56,578 nt of DNA from a virus (lineage: Duplodnaviria; Caudoviricetes). The stretch lies in IMG/VR virus record IMGVR_UViG_3300030012_003637, positions 1 through 56,578 of that record. One strand, written 5' to 3'. The position numbers and the translations under genes are program-made. Shown piece after piece: positions 36,262 through 43,374 of this stretch. Each line of letters starts with the position of its first letter. The stretch's first letter is position 1. The notes below the pieces were generated by a model, which was not told the origin of the DNA, searched no databases, and saw nothing but the letters and a program-made list of their open reading frames with translations.

Positions 36262-36738
36262 ATGTTCGTTTGGTACCTACATGGTTTAGAATCTCCTGCT
36301 GGAGGTCCAAAAGTTGACTTCTTAGAAAGTATTGCTGATAAAGTATTTGCTCCTCAGATAGATTATAGAAATCTAAATTCATTTAAAAGTTTATTAGATA
36401 TCGCTAAAAAATTATATCCTCCTGATTTAATTATAGGCTCTTCTATGGGAGGGTACTTTGCAGATGCTTTAGGAAGTCATTTAGGCGTTGATGTTTTACT
36501 ATTTAATCCTGCATTACATAGTAGACCGATTGAACCTATAGGAGTTACTTATGGTGATAATAAATGGAAAAGAAACTTTGTTGTTGGAATGGAGGATAGT
36601 GTTATAGATCCTAAACGTACTAAAGCTTATAAAAACTTACCTGATAGTTGGACTGAGATAAAAGGAATGGGGCATAGAATTAGTATCGAAGTATTTAAAG
36701 ATATTTATAATAAAGTCATACTAAATGAAACTAACTAA
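36262..36738 (+). CDS. YqiA/YcfP-like alpha/beta hydrolase (esterase)
   Basis: YLHGLES, IGSSMGG nucleophile elbow, LFNPA, D..I, GH. Confidence 0.85.
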   Translation: MFVWYLHGLESPAGGPKVDFLESIADKVFAPQIDYRNLNSFKSLLDIAKKLYPPDLIIGSSMGGYFADALGSHLGVDVLLFNPALHSRPIEPIGVTYGDNKWKRNFVVGMEDSVIDPKRTKAYKNLPDSWTEIKGMGHRISIEVFKDIYNKVILNETN

Positions 36739-37249
36739 AATATTATTAGAAAATAACTGGAGACCTTTGACTTCTTCTGAAGTTAAAAATGATAAAGATG
36801 AATTATTTAAAATGATAGATAATGCATATGCTCCTTTAGGAGGTCATCCAAACGTTACTAATCCAAACGATATCGATACAGCAGCAGATGGATATATAGT
36901 AATAGATTTAGATGATGATCCAGAAGATGATGCCACTATAATGACTAAGCAAAGACCTGGAGGTACTAAATTAGTAGGCATGGGTCATGATGGATCTAAA
37001 CCTGCTAAATCAGCTGCAGTTGCAAAAACAGTTAGTAGTTTAAATAAAAACGGATACTACATAGAAGTTTCCGGAAAGATATTAGATATTCTTAAAGCTA
37101 AAGGTGTAGCTATAGTAGATGATGAAGATACAGTTAGAAAAGCTTTAAAAGGTAAAGAAATAGTTTGGCATGGTGATGGCTCTTATGATAGAGTAATAGG
37201 AACTAAAAAGATAAGAAAAGTTATGATGGGTAAACCAAAAATAACTTAA
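36725..37249 (+). CDS. Hypothetical protein
   Basis: 174-aa ORF preceded by TATTTAT at 36702. Confidence 0.7.
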   Translation: MKLTKILLENNWRPLTSSEVKNDKDELFKMIDNAYAPLGGHPNVTNPNDIDTAADGYIVIDLDDDPEDDATIMTKQRPGGTKLVGMGHDGSKPAKSAAVAKTVSSLNKNGYYIEVSGKILDILKAKGVAIVDDEDTVRKALKGKEIVWHGDGSYDRVIGTKKIRKVMMGKPKIT

Positions 37250-37255
37250 GTTTTA

Positions 37256-37287
37256 GTTGTTTTTCTGAATATTTATGCTTATATTTA
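37256..37287 (+). promoter_or_regulatory. Early-type promoter
   Basis: GTTG-N20-TATATTTA. Confidence 0.7.
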
Positions 37288-37313
37288 AGCTGAACTAATT
37301 TAAACGGTTATAT

Positions 37314-37706
37314 ATGAAATTAAAAATGATCCCTTGTCCTAAATGTGAAAACCCTTTTCCTGAAAAAAGAAAAGAATTAGGTTATCACGTATGTGTAAAT
37401 TGTTCCACCACAGATAAAGTAGTTGGTATTACTACGGTAGAAGGTACCGGAGACCATACCTGGAATGATATTATCATTATGGATAGAAAAAAAGCTATTA
37501 GTATAGCTCAAAAAGAAGCTGAAATTACTGGCAGAAGAGTAGAGATCGATATTGAAGTTCAAGACTATGAAAAAGATGAAGAAGCAGTATCTCAATCAGC
37601 TAATGAAGCTATTACTAAATCTTTAAGTGAATCTCAACAGGACCAAAATTATGATGTATTTGATCCTAATAAACAATTCGAAGGTATACAAGGAATTGAT
37701 TACTAA
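37314..37706 (+). CDS. C4 zinc-finger protein (DksA/TraR-type finger)
   Basis: CPKC..PFPEKR..LG...CVNCS. Confidence 0.55.
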   Translation: MKLKMIPCPKCENPFPEKRKELGYHVCVNCSTTDKVVGITTVEGTGDHTWNDIIIMDRKKAISIAQKEAEITGRRVEIDIEVQDYEKDEEAVSQSANEAITKSLSESQQDQNYDVFDPNKQFEGIQGIDY

Positions 37707-38110
37707 TGTCTTGGATAGGAAAAAATAGAGCAATTTCAGCTATAGATTGGATTGAAGAGAATAAACCTCAAGATGGTCCTTTTATAGTATTTTATAAAGA
37801 CGATCCTATATCAGTTACTACGGATATTAATGAATCTAAAAATAAACAAGTTAGATGGGAGATGCATTTCAAAGATGGTAAAAGAGCTGATGGTAACTCA
37901 TATGGATGGTTTTGGGATGGTACTCTTAAACAAATATTAGGCTGGAAAGATAATAAAAAGCATGGCGCTAATATTAGATTTTATCCTAATGGAATGGTAG
38001 TTGATCAATGGAATTATAAAAATGGAATCAGAGATGGGATATGGATATCTAGAAATAAAGATGGTTCTATAAGAAAAAAAACTATTTACGATAATGGCAA
38101 GACCAAGTAA
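37706..38110 (+). CDS. MORN-variant repeat (YwqK-like) protein
   Basis: Repeats FKDGKRADG, WKDNKKHG, YKNGIRDG. Confidence 0.7.
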   Translation: MSWIGKNRAISAIDWIEENKPQDGPFIVFYKDDPISVTTDINESKNKQVRWEMHFKDGKRADGNSYGWFWDGTLKQILGWKDNKKHGANIRFYPNGMVVDQWNYKNGIRDGIWISRNKDGSIRKKTIYDNGKTK

Positions 38111-38723
38111 GATACTAACTAAAGAAGATATTCTAAGAGCTCAGAAGATGACTAGATCTAATTTTGCAGCTGCTAGATACCTTCACGTTTCTTATAACCA
38201 TTATAAGAAGTATGCTAAAATGTATAAAGATGATAATGGAGTAAGCTTATTAGAGGTTCATAAAAATCAAGCAGGAAAAGGTATTCCTAAATTTTTATCT
38301 AATAAAGGTAAAGAGCCTCCTTTAATGGATTTATTGGAAGGCAGAATACCTATAGAGCATTTTGATGCACAGAAAGTTAAATCTAGAATTATTCAAGAAT
38401 GTCTTTTAGAAGAGAAATGTGCTAAGTGTGACTTTATGGAAAGAAGAGTTCATGATACTAAAGTACCTTTAATTCTTACGCATAAAGATAAAAATAGAAA
38501 AAATTGGCATTTAGATAATTTAGAGTTTTTATGCTATAATTGTGCATTCTTATATTATGCTGATCCGATAACTGAACAACAAGTTCATGCAATGGAAGAC
38601 TATGTTGATAAGTCTAAAGAAGAGCACAACTGGCAATTGGATGAACATCATATAGAACATCTTAAAGAACTTGGACTATACGAAGATATAAACCCAGGTG
38701 ATGAGTTCATAGAAAAATATTAA
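38094..38723 (+). CDS. HTH plus HNH-like zinc-binding protein
   Basis: N-terminal HTH (AAARYLHVSY); CAKC...H..KNRKN..LDNLEFLCYNC. Confidence 0.65.
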   Translation: MARPSKILTKEDILRAQKMTRSNFAAARYLHVSYNHYKKYAKMYKDDNGVSLLEVHKNQAGKGIPKFLSNKGKEPPLMDLLEGRIPIEHFDAQKVKSRIIQECLLEEKCAKCDFMERRVHDTKVPLILTHKDKNRKNWHLDNLEFLCYNCAFLYYADPITEQQVHAMEDYVDKSKEEHNWQLDEHHIEHLKELGLYEDINPGDEFIEKY

Positions 38724-38735
38724 CTATTTATAATC

Positions 38736-38885
38736 ATGAAAACTAAAAAACATAATAAGTTTTCTACGTTTAAAAAACGTAAACCGCACGAAAGAAAAGT
38801 AGCTGACAGTTTAGTCAAGACTCATGAACGAAATGAAAAGTTACGAGAAAAAGAGATTAGCACTAATATTTTAGATCTCTTCTAG
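38736..38885 (+). CDS. Small basic protein (49 aa)
   Basis: MKTKKHNKF...ILDLF*; TATTTAT at 38725 lies 4 nt upstream; not in the track. Confidence 0.55.
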   Translation: MKTKKHNKFSTFKKRKPHERKVADSLVKTHERNEKLREKEISTNILDLF

Positions 38886-38904
38886 TTTAATTTAAAATTA
38901 TTTT

Positions 38905-39495
38905 ATGAGAAAAATAACTTTAGTATTCACTTTAGTAGTAATTTTGTCTGTGCTTACAGCATTCGCAAACATTATAACAGTACCAATAGTTAACACTCCT
39001 CCAGTAAATCAATTAGTTTCTTATCCTTTGGAGTTAAAAAAAATAAAGATAGAAACAAATAAAATAGAACTTAAAGCAAAAGATCATAGTGCATTTTTAA
39101 ATGCAATAGGATTTAGAGAATCGTCAAATAACTATAAAGCAATTAATAGATTAGGGTACTTAGGTAAGTATCAATTCGGTAAAAAAACTTTAAGAGCGAT
39201 AGGTATTTCCGTATCAAAAGAAGAGTTTCTTAATAGCCCTATGATTCAAGAAGAAGCTATGCAGTTGCTTTTAGAACATAATCGAAAAAACCTAAAAAGA
39301 TTTATAAAAAAATATAATAATACTACTGTTCATGGAATATATGTAACCGAGTCAGGAATATTAGCAGCAGCTCACTTAGGAGGCGCAGGTAATATTAGAA
39401 AGTGGTTTAGAAAAGGAGAAGATTTCAAAGACGGATACGGTACTACTATTACATCTTATATGGTAAAATTTCAAGGATATCAGTTGGAATTCTGA
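38905..39495 (+). CDS. Lysozyme/lytic-transglycosylase-like protein with N-terminal signal/anchor
   Basis: RESSNNY.AIN..GYLGKYQF catalytic Glu motif; LAAAHLGGAG. Confidence 0.75.
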   Translation: MRKITLVFTLVVILSVLTAFANIITVPIVNTPPVNQLVSYPLELKKIKIETNKIELKAKDHSAFLNAIGFRESSNNYKAINRLGYLGKYQFGKKTLRAIGISVSKEEFLNSPMIQEEAMQLLLEHNRKNLKRFIKKYNNTTVHGIYVTESGILAAAHLGGAGNIRKWFRKGEDFKDGYGTTITSYMVKFQGYQLEF

Positions 39496-39514
39496 TAAAA
39501 TATTCATATATTGT
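39483..39514 (+). promoter_or_regulatory. Early-type promoter
   Basis: GTTG-N20-TATATTGT. Confidence 0.7.
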
Positions 39515-39534
39515 AGTATATTAAAATAAAGGTT

Positions 39535-39726
39535 ATGTTTAAAAATATAGTATTCAGTAAAACTGATTTCGATGGAAAAGCTGAAGGAGGTATCTTCTTT
39601 AGATCATTTGAACTTAATAAATTTTTAGAAAGAGTAGAGGCTAGCGACGAAGAAGTTGTTGGTTTAAAGTTCGAAGGAAATAACGTTGAAATTTTAGTTA
39701 ATAAAAATAAAAGAATGTCTGTATAA
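39535..39726 (+). CDS. Hypothetical protein
   Basis: 63 aa; aaaggttATG start. Confidence 0.65.
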   Translation: MFKNIVFSKTDFDGKAEGGIFFRSFELNKFLERVEASDEEVVGLKFEGNNVEILVNKNKRMSV

Positions 39727-40049
39727 TGGCAGCAGAAAAAAGAGGCTTTACAGGTAAATTAGATTATGACTTTCCTACTCATGGAGTATGTGAAGTACAA
39801 TTAGCTAATGAAGAATGGTACAGAGTTACTGAAAGAGACTTTAGATCGTTTGATGGTCCTAGGAGGTATACTATTCCTGATTATACTCTTCATAAAGCTA
39901 TGGATGTTCCTATGACTACTACTAAGTATATAGGTCCAGTTTACCTATGGGGTACTAATACTTATGTTCCTTATAGAGGTACTAGAAAATTATTAGAAAC
40001 TGAAGAAAGAAAAAAAGAAAGAGCAGAATTAAATAAAGCTAGATCATGA
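39726..40049 (+). CDS. Hypothetical protein
   Basis: 107 aa; coupled to the upstream gene. Confidence 0.7.
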   Translation: MAAEKRGFTGKLDYDFPTHGVCEVQLANEEWYRVTERDFRSFDGPRRYTIPDYTLHKAMDVPMTTTKYIGPVYLWGTNTYVPYRGTRKLLETEERKKERAELNKARS

Positions 40050-40342
40050 AAAAATTATATTTCGATACACCTGCTGAGTTTGAAAAACTATTTTCTAAAA
40101 AAACTAGAGAGGTTACAGATGGTATAGTAGAAGGAATAGAAACAGCTATTCAAGAGCAGAAAAAATCTGCTATGTTATTTAATATAATTTTTGCTAATGA
40201 AGAAGTTTCATTCGAAATATCTCTTCCTAAAAGTGAATGGGTAGGAGCATTAAAAAATTGTCTCGATTATTATCATGAACATAGCGAAACTGATCTTGCT
40301 ATAGATTGTTGGAAGTTATTAGAATGTGCTAAGTTACAGTAA
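40046..40342 (+). CDS. Hypothetical protein
   Basis: 98 aa; ATGA overlap. Confidence 0.7.
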   Translation: MKKLYFDTPAEFEKLFSKKTREVTDGIVEGIETAIQEQKKSAMLFNIIFANEEVSFEISLPKSEWVGALKNCLDYYHEHSETDLAIDCWKLLECAKLQ

Positions 40343-40525
40343 TTGAAACCTTTTGAAGAGTTATTTATAGAACCTAGAACTTGGAAGTTTGAGTCATCAA
40401 GCTCAGATAAAGTATATACAGTTACTGAAGGTAAATGGTTGTTTTGTGACTGCTGGGGGTATATAGCTCATAAGAAATGTAAACATATTAAACAAGTAAA
40501 TGAACTCATTAATTCAGAGTCGTAA
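40343..40525 (+). CDS. SWIM zinc-finger protein
   Basis: SSS..VYTV, CDC.G......CKHI; TTG start. Confidence 0.7.
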   Translation: MKPFEELFIEPRTWKFESSSSDKVYTVTEGKWLFCDCWGYIAHKKCKHIKQVNELINSES

Positions 40526-40886
40526 ATTAGAAGTTAAAAAAAGTAATATACACGGGTACGGAGTATTTGCTAAAGAAAATATAAACAAAGGAGAAGTATT
40601 AGAAGAATGCCATTTTATGTCCATTCCTTATACCACAGTATTTGATAAAAAATATAACCAAATTTTAGATTATGGTTTTAAATATCCTATTGAGGATCCA
40701 TCTGAATTAGCATGGCCTTTAGGTAATGGCTGCATCTATAACTCTTCTAAAAATAATAATGCTGATTGGAATCTAGATCTTGAACGAAGACTATTTATTT
40801 TCAGAGCTATAAAAGACATAAAAAAAGGAGAAGAAATATGTACATACTATGAAGATAATGTTGAATGGTTTACTAAAAATAACTAG
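40500..40886 (+). CDS. SET-domain protein
   Basis: SNIHGYGVFA..NI.KGE, IYNSS..NNA, AIKDIKKGEEICTYY. Confidence 0.85.
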   Translation: MNSLIQSRKLEVKKSNIHGYGVFAKENINKGEVLEECHFMSIPYTTVFDKKYNQILDYGFKYPIEDPSELAWPLGNGCIYNSSKNNNADWNLDLERRLFIFRAIKDIKKGEEICTYYEDNVEWFTKNN

Positions 40887-40893
40887 GAAAACA

Positions 40894-40925
40894 GTTGGAA
40901 GTCTGAGATATTCTTCTTATATTAA
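40894..40925 (+). promoter_or_regulatory. Early-type promoter
   Basis: GTTG-N20-TATATTAA with upstream ACTAGGAAAA. Confidence 0.75.
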
Positions 40926-40942
40926 GGTATAAAATTAAGGTT

Positions 40943-41221
40943 ATGTATAATATAAGTTTCGAAGTTTGGCTAAAAGATGAAGTAAAAGATATCTTGAAAG
41001 CTAATTATGTAGATAAGTCTTTATCTACGGATGATTTTCTAAGATTAGTTTTAGAAGTTAAGAATTATCTAGGTGAATGTGATTCTCCTGAAGAAGTAGA
41101 AATCGAAGAGGTAGTAAATTATATCTTTGAATCTTCTTCTTATAAAGATAAGATGTGGGTAATTTATCCTGAAGAGCATAAGTATGCTGGTCAAGAAAGA
41201 AGTTTAACTCCTAATTGTTAA
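40943..41221 (+). CDS. Hypothetical protein
   Basis: 92 aa; aaggttATG. Confidence 0.65.
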   Translation: MYNISFEVWLKDEVKDILKANYVDKSLSTDDFLRLVLEVKNYLGECDSPEEVEIEEVVNYIFESSSYKDKMWVIYPEEHKYAGQERSLTPNC

Positions 41222-41511
41222 TTATGACTAAAAGAGAAAAGCAAAGATCGTTGACTAAAGAATTTTTAACTTGGGTAAAAGATATTTATCCGAAAGCTGA
41301 GTTTGATGACTCAGATGGTTATGGATATACTGATATATCTATAGATGGTGATTTTAAAGGAGATAATGTAATATCTTTTAGAAGGCATCATAATCAAGTT
41401 GACGCGTATAACTGGGCTGAAGATCATATATTAGAAGCTGAGAAAGTTATGGATAAAAAATTAGATGAATTAAAAAATAAATATCAATTATATTATGGTA
41501 GAAGTAATTAA
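41215..41511 (+). CDS. Hypothetical protein
   Basis: Likely start at ATG 41224. Confidence 0.65.
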   Translation: MLIMTKREKQRSLTKEFLTWVKDIYPKAEFDDSDGYGYTDISIDGDFKGDNVISFRRHHNQVDAYNWAEDHILEAEKVMDKKLDELKNKYQLYYGRSN

Positions 41512-41665
41512 GCATGCATTAGGATTTTGTGGAGAGCATTGGCATCCTAATATTTGGACTGCTCTTGCTGGATCTCCTGTAATAGCATCTACGGTATATT
41601 ACGTTAAGTGTAAGTGCGGTGGATGGTTTAAGCATAAAAAAGGTTGTGATCATGAAGTGCATTAA
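41495..41665 (+). CDS. Small His/Cys-rich protein (56 aa)
   Basis: MVEVIKHALGFCGEHWHPNIW...CKCGGWFKHKKGCDHEVH*; not in the track. Confidence 0.55.
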   Translation: MVEVIKHALGFCGEHWHPNIWTALAGSPVIASTVYYVKCKCGGWFKHKKGCDHEVH

Positions 41666-41888
41666 GTGTACTGAGGAGATAAATCCTCTTAGATTAAAAG
41701 CATTACCAGATACTAAAACTTGTGTAAGTTGTAGTAATACTGGAAGGTGGTACGTAAGAAATATTATTTCCGGAAAGACTACTTATGCTGAAACTGAAGT
41801 AATTAAAGATCCTAATGTAGCTAAAAGTATAGCTGCTATGGATCGAAGACAAGGATGGGGAAGTAATCTCCATAAAGTTAAAAGATAA
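41652..41888 (+). CDS. DksA/TraR-type C4 zinc-finger protein
   Basis: CIKC.EEI.PLRL.ALP.TKTCVSC; start reassigned to ATG 41652. Confidence 0.75.
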   Translation: MKCIKCTEEINPLRLKALPDTKTCVSCSNTGRWYVRNIISGKTTYAETEVIKDPNVAKSIAAMDRRQGWGSNLHKVKR

Positions 41889-41903
41889 ATTTAAATTAAA
41901 GTT

Positions 41904-42134
41904 ATGAATAAATTAAAGTTTTATTGGAATTTATACTATCCAGTTATTTTATCATTTTTATCATTTCTGTATTCTGTTGGATTATGGTTTAGCGGACATC
42001 AATTAGAAGGTATATTTGTTGGTATATGGGTACCTTCTATACTTGCATTTGCTATTTGCATTAGGCAGAGAAGAAATGACTTTTTTAGAGCAATGGCTGC
42101 TAAAAGAAGATACAGAGGGAGGAGAAGAAAATGA
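41904..42134 (+). CDS. Small membrane protein
   Basis: Two TM segments, GIFVGIWVPSILA, Arg-rich tail. Confidence 0.7.
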   Translation: MNKLKFYWNLYYPVILSFLSFLYSVGLWFSGHQLEGIFVGIWVPSILAFAICIRQRRNDFFRAMAAKRRYRGRRRK

Positions 42135-42424
42135 TAACAGGTAATATGTTAATAATGTTTATAGTTGGGTTTATTATATTCTGTTTTTATATAGCAGGAT
42201 TAATTTATGCTATCTACTGGGGTCATAGTACGCAGAGGAAAGAAATGATGAATGACCCAGAGCTACAAAATTATTATAACAGGCATCATAATTACGACGC
42301 TGGTATAGATTGGTCGAAACATAACCCTCATGTTAATGAATCAGATAGTTATGTTAAAAATTTATTTAAACCTAAAAGAAAAAATAGAAAAGAAAACGTA
42401 GGTAAAAGCACGTTTTGGGATTAA
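42131..42424 (+). CDS. Single-TM hypothetical protein
   Basis: N-terminal hydrophobic helix. Confidence 0.65.
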   Translation: MITGNMLIMFIVGFIIFCFYIAGLIYAIYWGHSTQRKEMMNDPELQNYYNRHHNYDAGIDWSKHNPHVNESDSYVKNLFKPKRKNRKENVGKSTFWD

Positions 42425-42699
42425 TGAAAAGAAAAGTAAGAAGATACTGGACTAAAGATTTTTTAAGATTATTAGTTAGAGAAAGAAAGTTAAGTCCTAT
42501 TGAAAGAATATCCAGCAGAGTAGGGTATATGGGAGCAGGATTTATTATGGCTGGTCATTGGACTGTAGAGCCTATTTTATTTATGATAGGTTTTTGCTGT
42601 GTATTATTTCAAGTAACAGTTAGAAGACAATGGAACTTAGTAGTTCTTCAAATTAATGGATTGATAGCTTGGGCTATTCATTTTTTTAATAATTTATAG
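42415..42699 (+). CDS. Small membrane protein
   Basis: Hydrophobic C-terminal half; probable start at ATG 42424. Confidence 0.65.
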   Translation: MGLMKRKVRRYWTKDFLRLLVRERKLSPIERISSRVGYMGAGFIMAGHWTVEPILFMIGFCCVLFQVTVRRQWNLVVLQINGLIAWAIHFFNNL

Positions 42700-42730
42700 T
42701 TGGAATTTTAATAAAAATTAATTATATTAT
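42699..42730 (+). promoter_or_regulatory. Early-type promoter
   Basis: GTTG-N20-TATATTAT. Confidence 0.7.
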
Positions 42731-42733
42731 AAT

Positions 42734-42886
42734 ATGGAAACCTTTGAAGATTATATGAATAAAAAAAAGTACGAAGATCTAGTTAATGAAATAATAGATT
42801 TAAAAATGAGACATCCATTATCTGAAGAAGATAAGTTAAAATTACAGAAACTCCAACAAAAATTAAACGGTGACAAAAAAGTATAA
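42734..42886 (+). CDS. Small hypothetical protein (50 aa)
   Basis: METFEDYMNKKKYEDL...DKKV*; follows the promoter; not in the track. Confidence 0.55.
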   Translation: METFEDYMNKKKYEDLVNEIIDLKMRHPLSEEDKLKLQKLQQKLNGDKKV

Positions 42887-43337
42887 GGTAATGCTAGTAA
42901 GTGGAGGATTCGATCCAGTCCACAAAGGTCATTTACAGATGATTGAAGCAGCAAGAGAATTAGCAGACGAAGTTTGGGTCATTTTAAATAGTAATAGTTG
43001 GTTAAGGAATAAGAAAGGAAAAGCTTTTATGAAAGAATCTGAAAGGGAATATATTATGTCTCAAATTAAAGGAGTTACTAAAACCTTTGTATGTAACCCT
43101 AGAATACCAGCAGACAAAACAGTATGTGATGGCATTTATTCAGCTGTTATGGCTTATAGAAGAGAGATAAACGGCAAAATGAGAATGGCATTTGGCAATG
43201 GAGGAGATAGAGTCCAGGGTAACATTCCGGAAGAAGATTACTGTAAGTCAATGGATGTAGATATGGTATGGAATTTAGGCGAAAAGATTCAATCATCATC
43301 TTGGTTACTAGAAAAATATCAGAATTCAGCAGTATAG
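42870..43337 (+). CDS. Cytidylyltransferase-like protein
   Basis: VSGGFDPVHKGH, FGNGGDR, KIQSSS. Confidence 0.85.
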   Translation: MTKKYKVMLVSGGFDPVHKGHLQMIEAARELADEVWVILNSNSWLRNKKGKAFMKESEREYIMSQIKGVTKTFVCNPRIPADKTVCDGIYSAVMAYRREINGKMRMAFGNGGDRVQGNIPEEDYCKSMDVDMVWNLGEKIQSSSWLLEKYQNSAV

Positions 43338-43351
43338 ACTACTTTACTAGA

Positions 43352-43358
43352 TATTTAT
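43352..43358 (+). promoter_or_regulatory. Late-type promoter motif TATTTAT
   Basis: 16 nt upstream of ATG 43375. Confidence 0.55.
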
Positions 43359-43374
43359 AATAAATTAATTTACT

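Noticed and set aside
41619-41651. Track start of the zinc-finger gene at 41619
   Set aside because: Lies within the His/Cys-rich ORF; ATG 41652 directly precedes CxxC.
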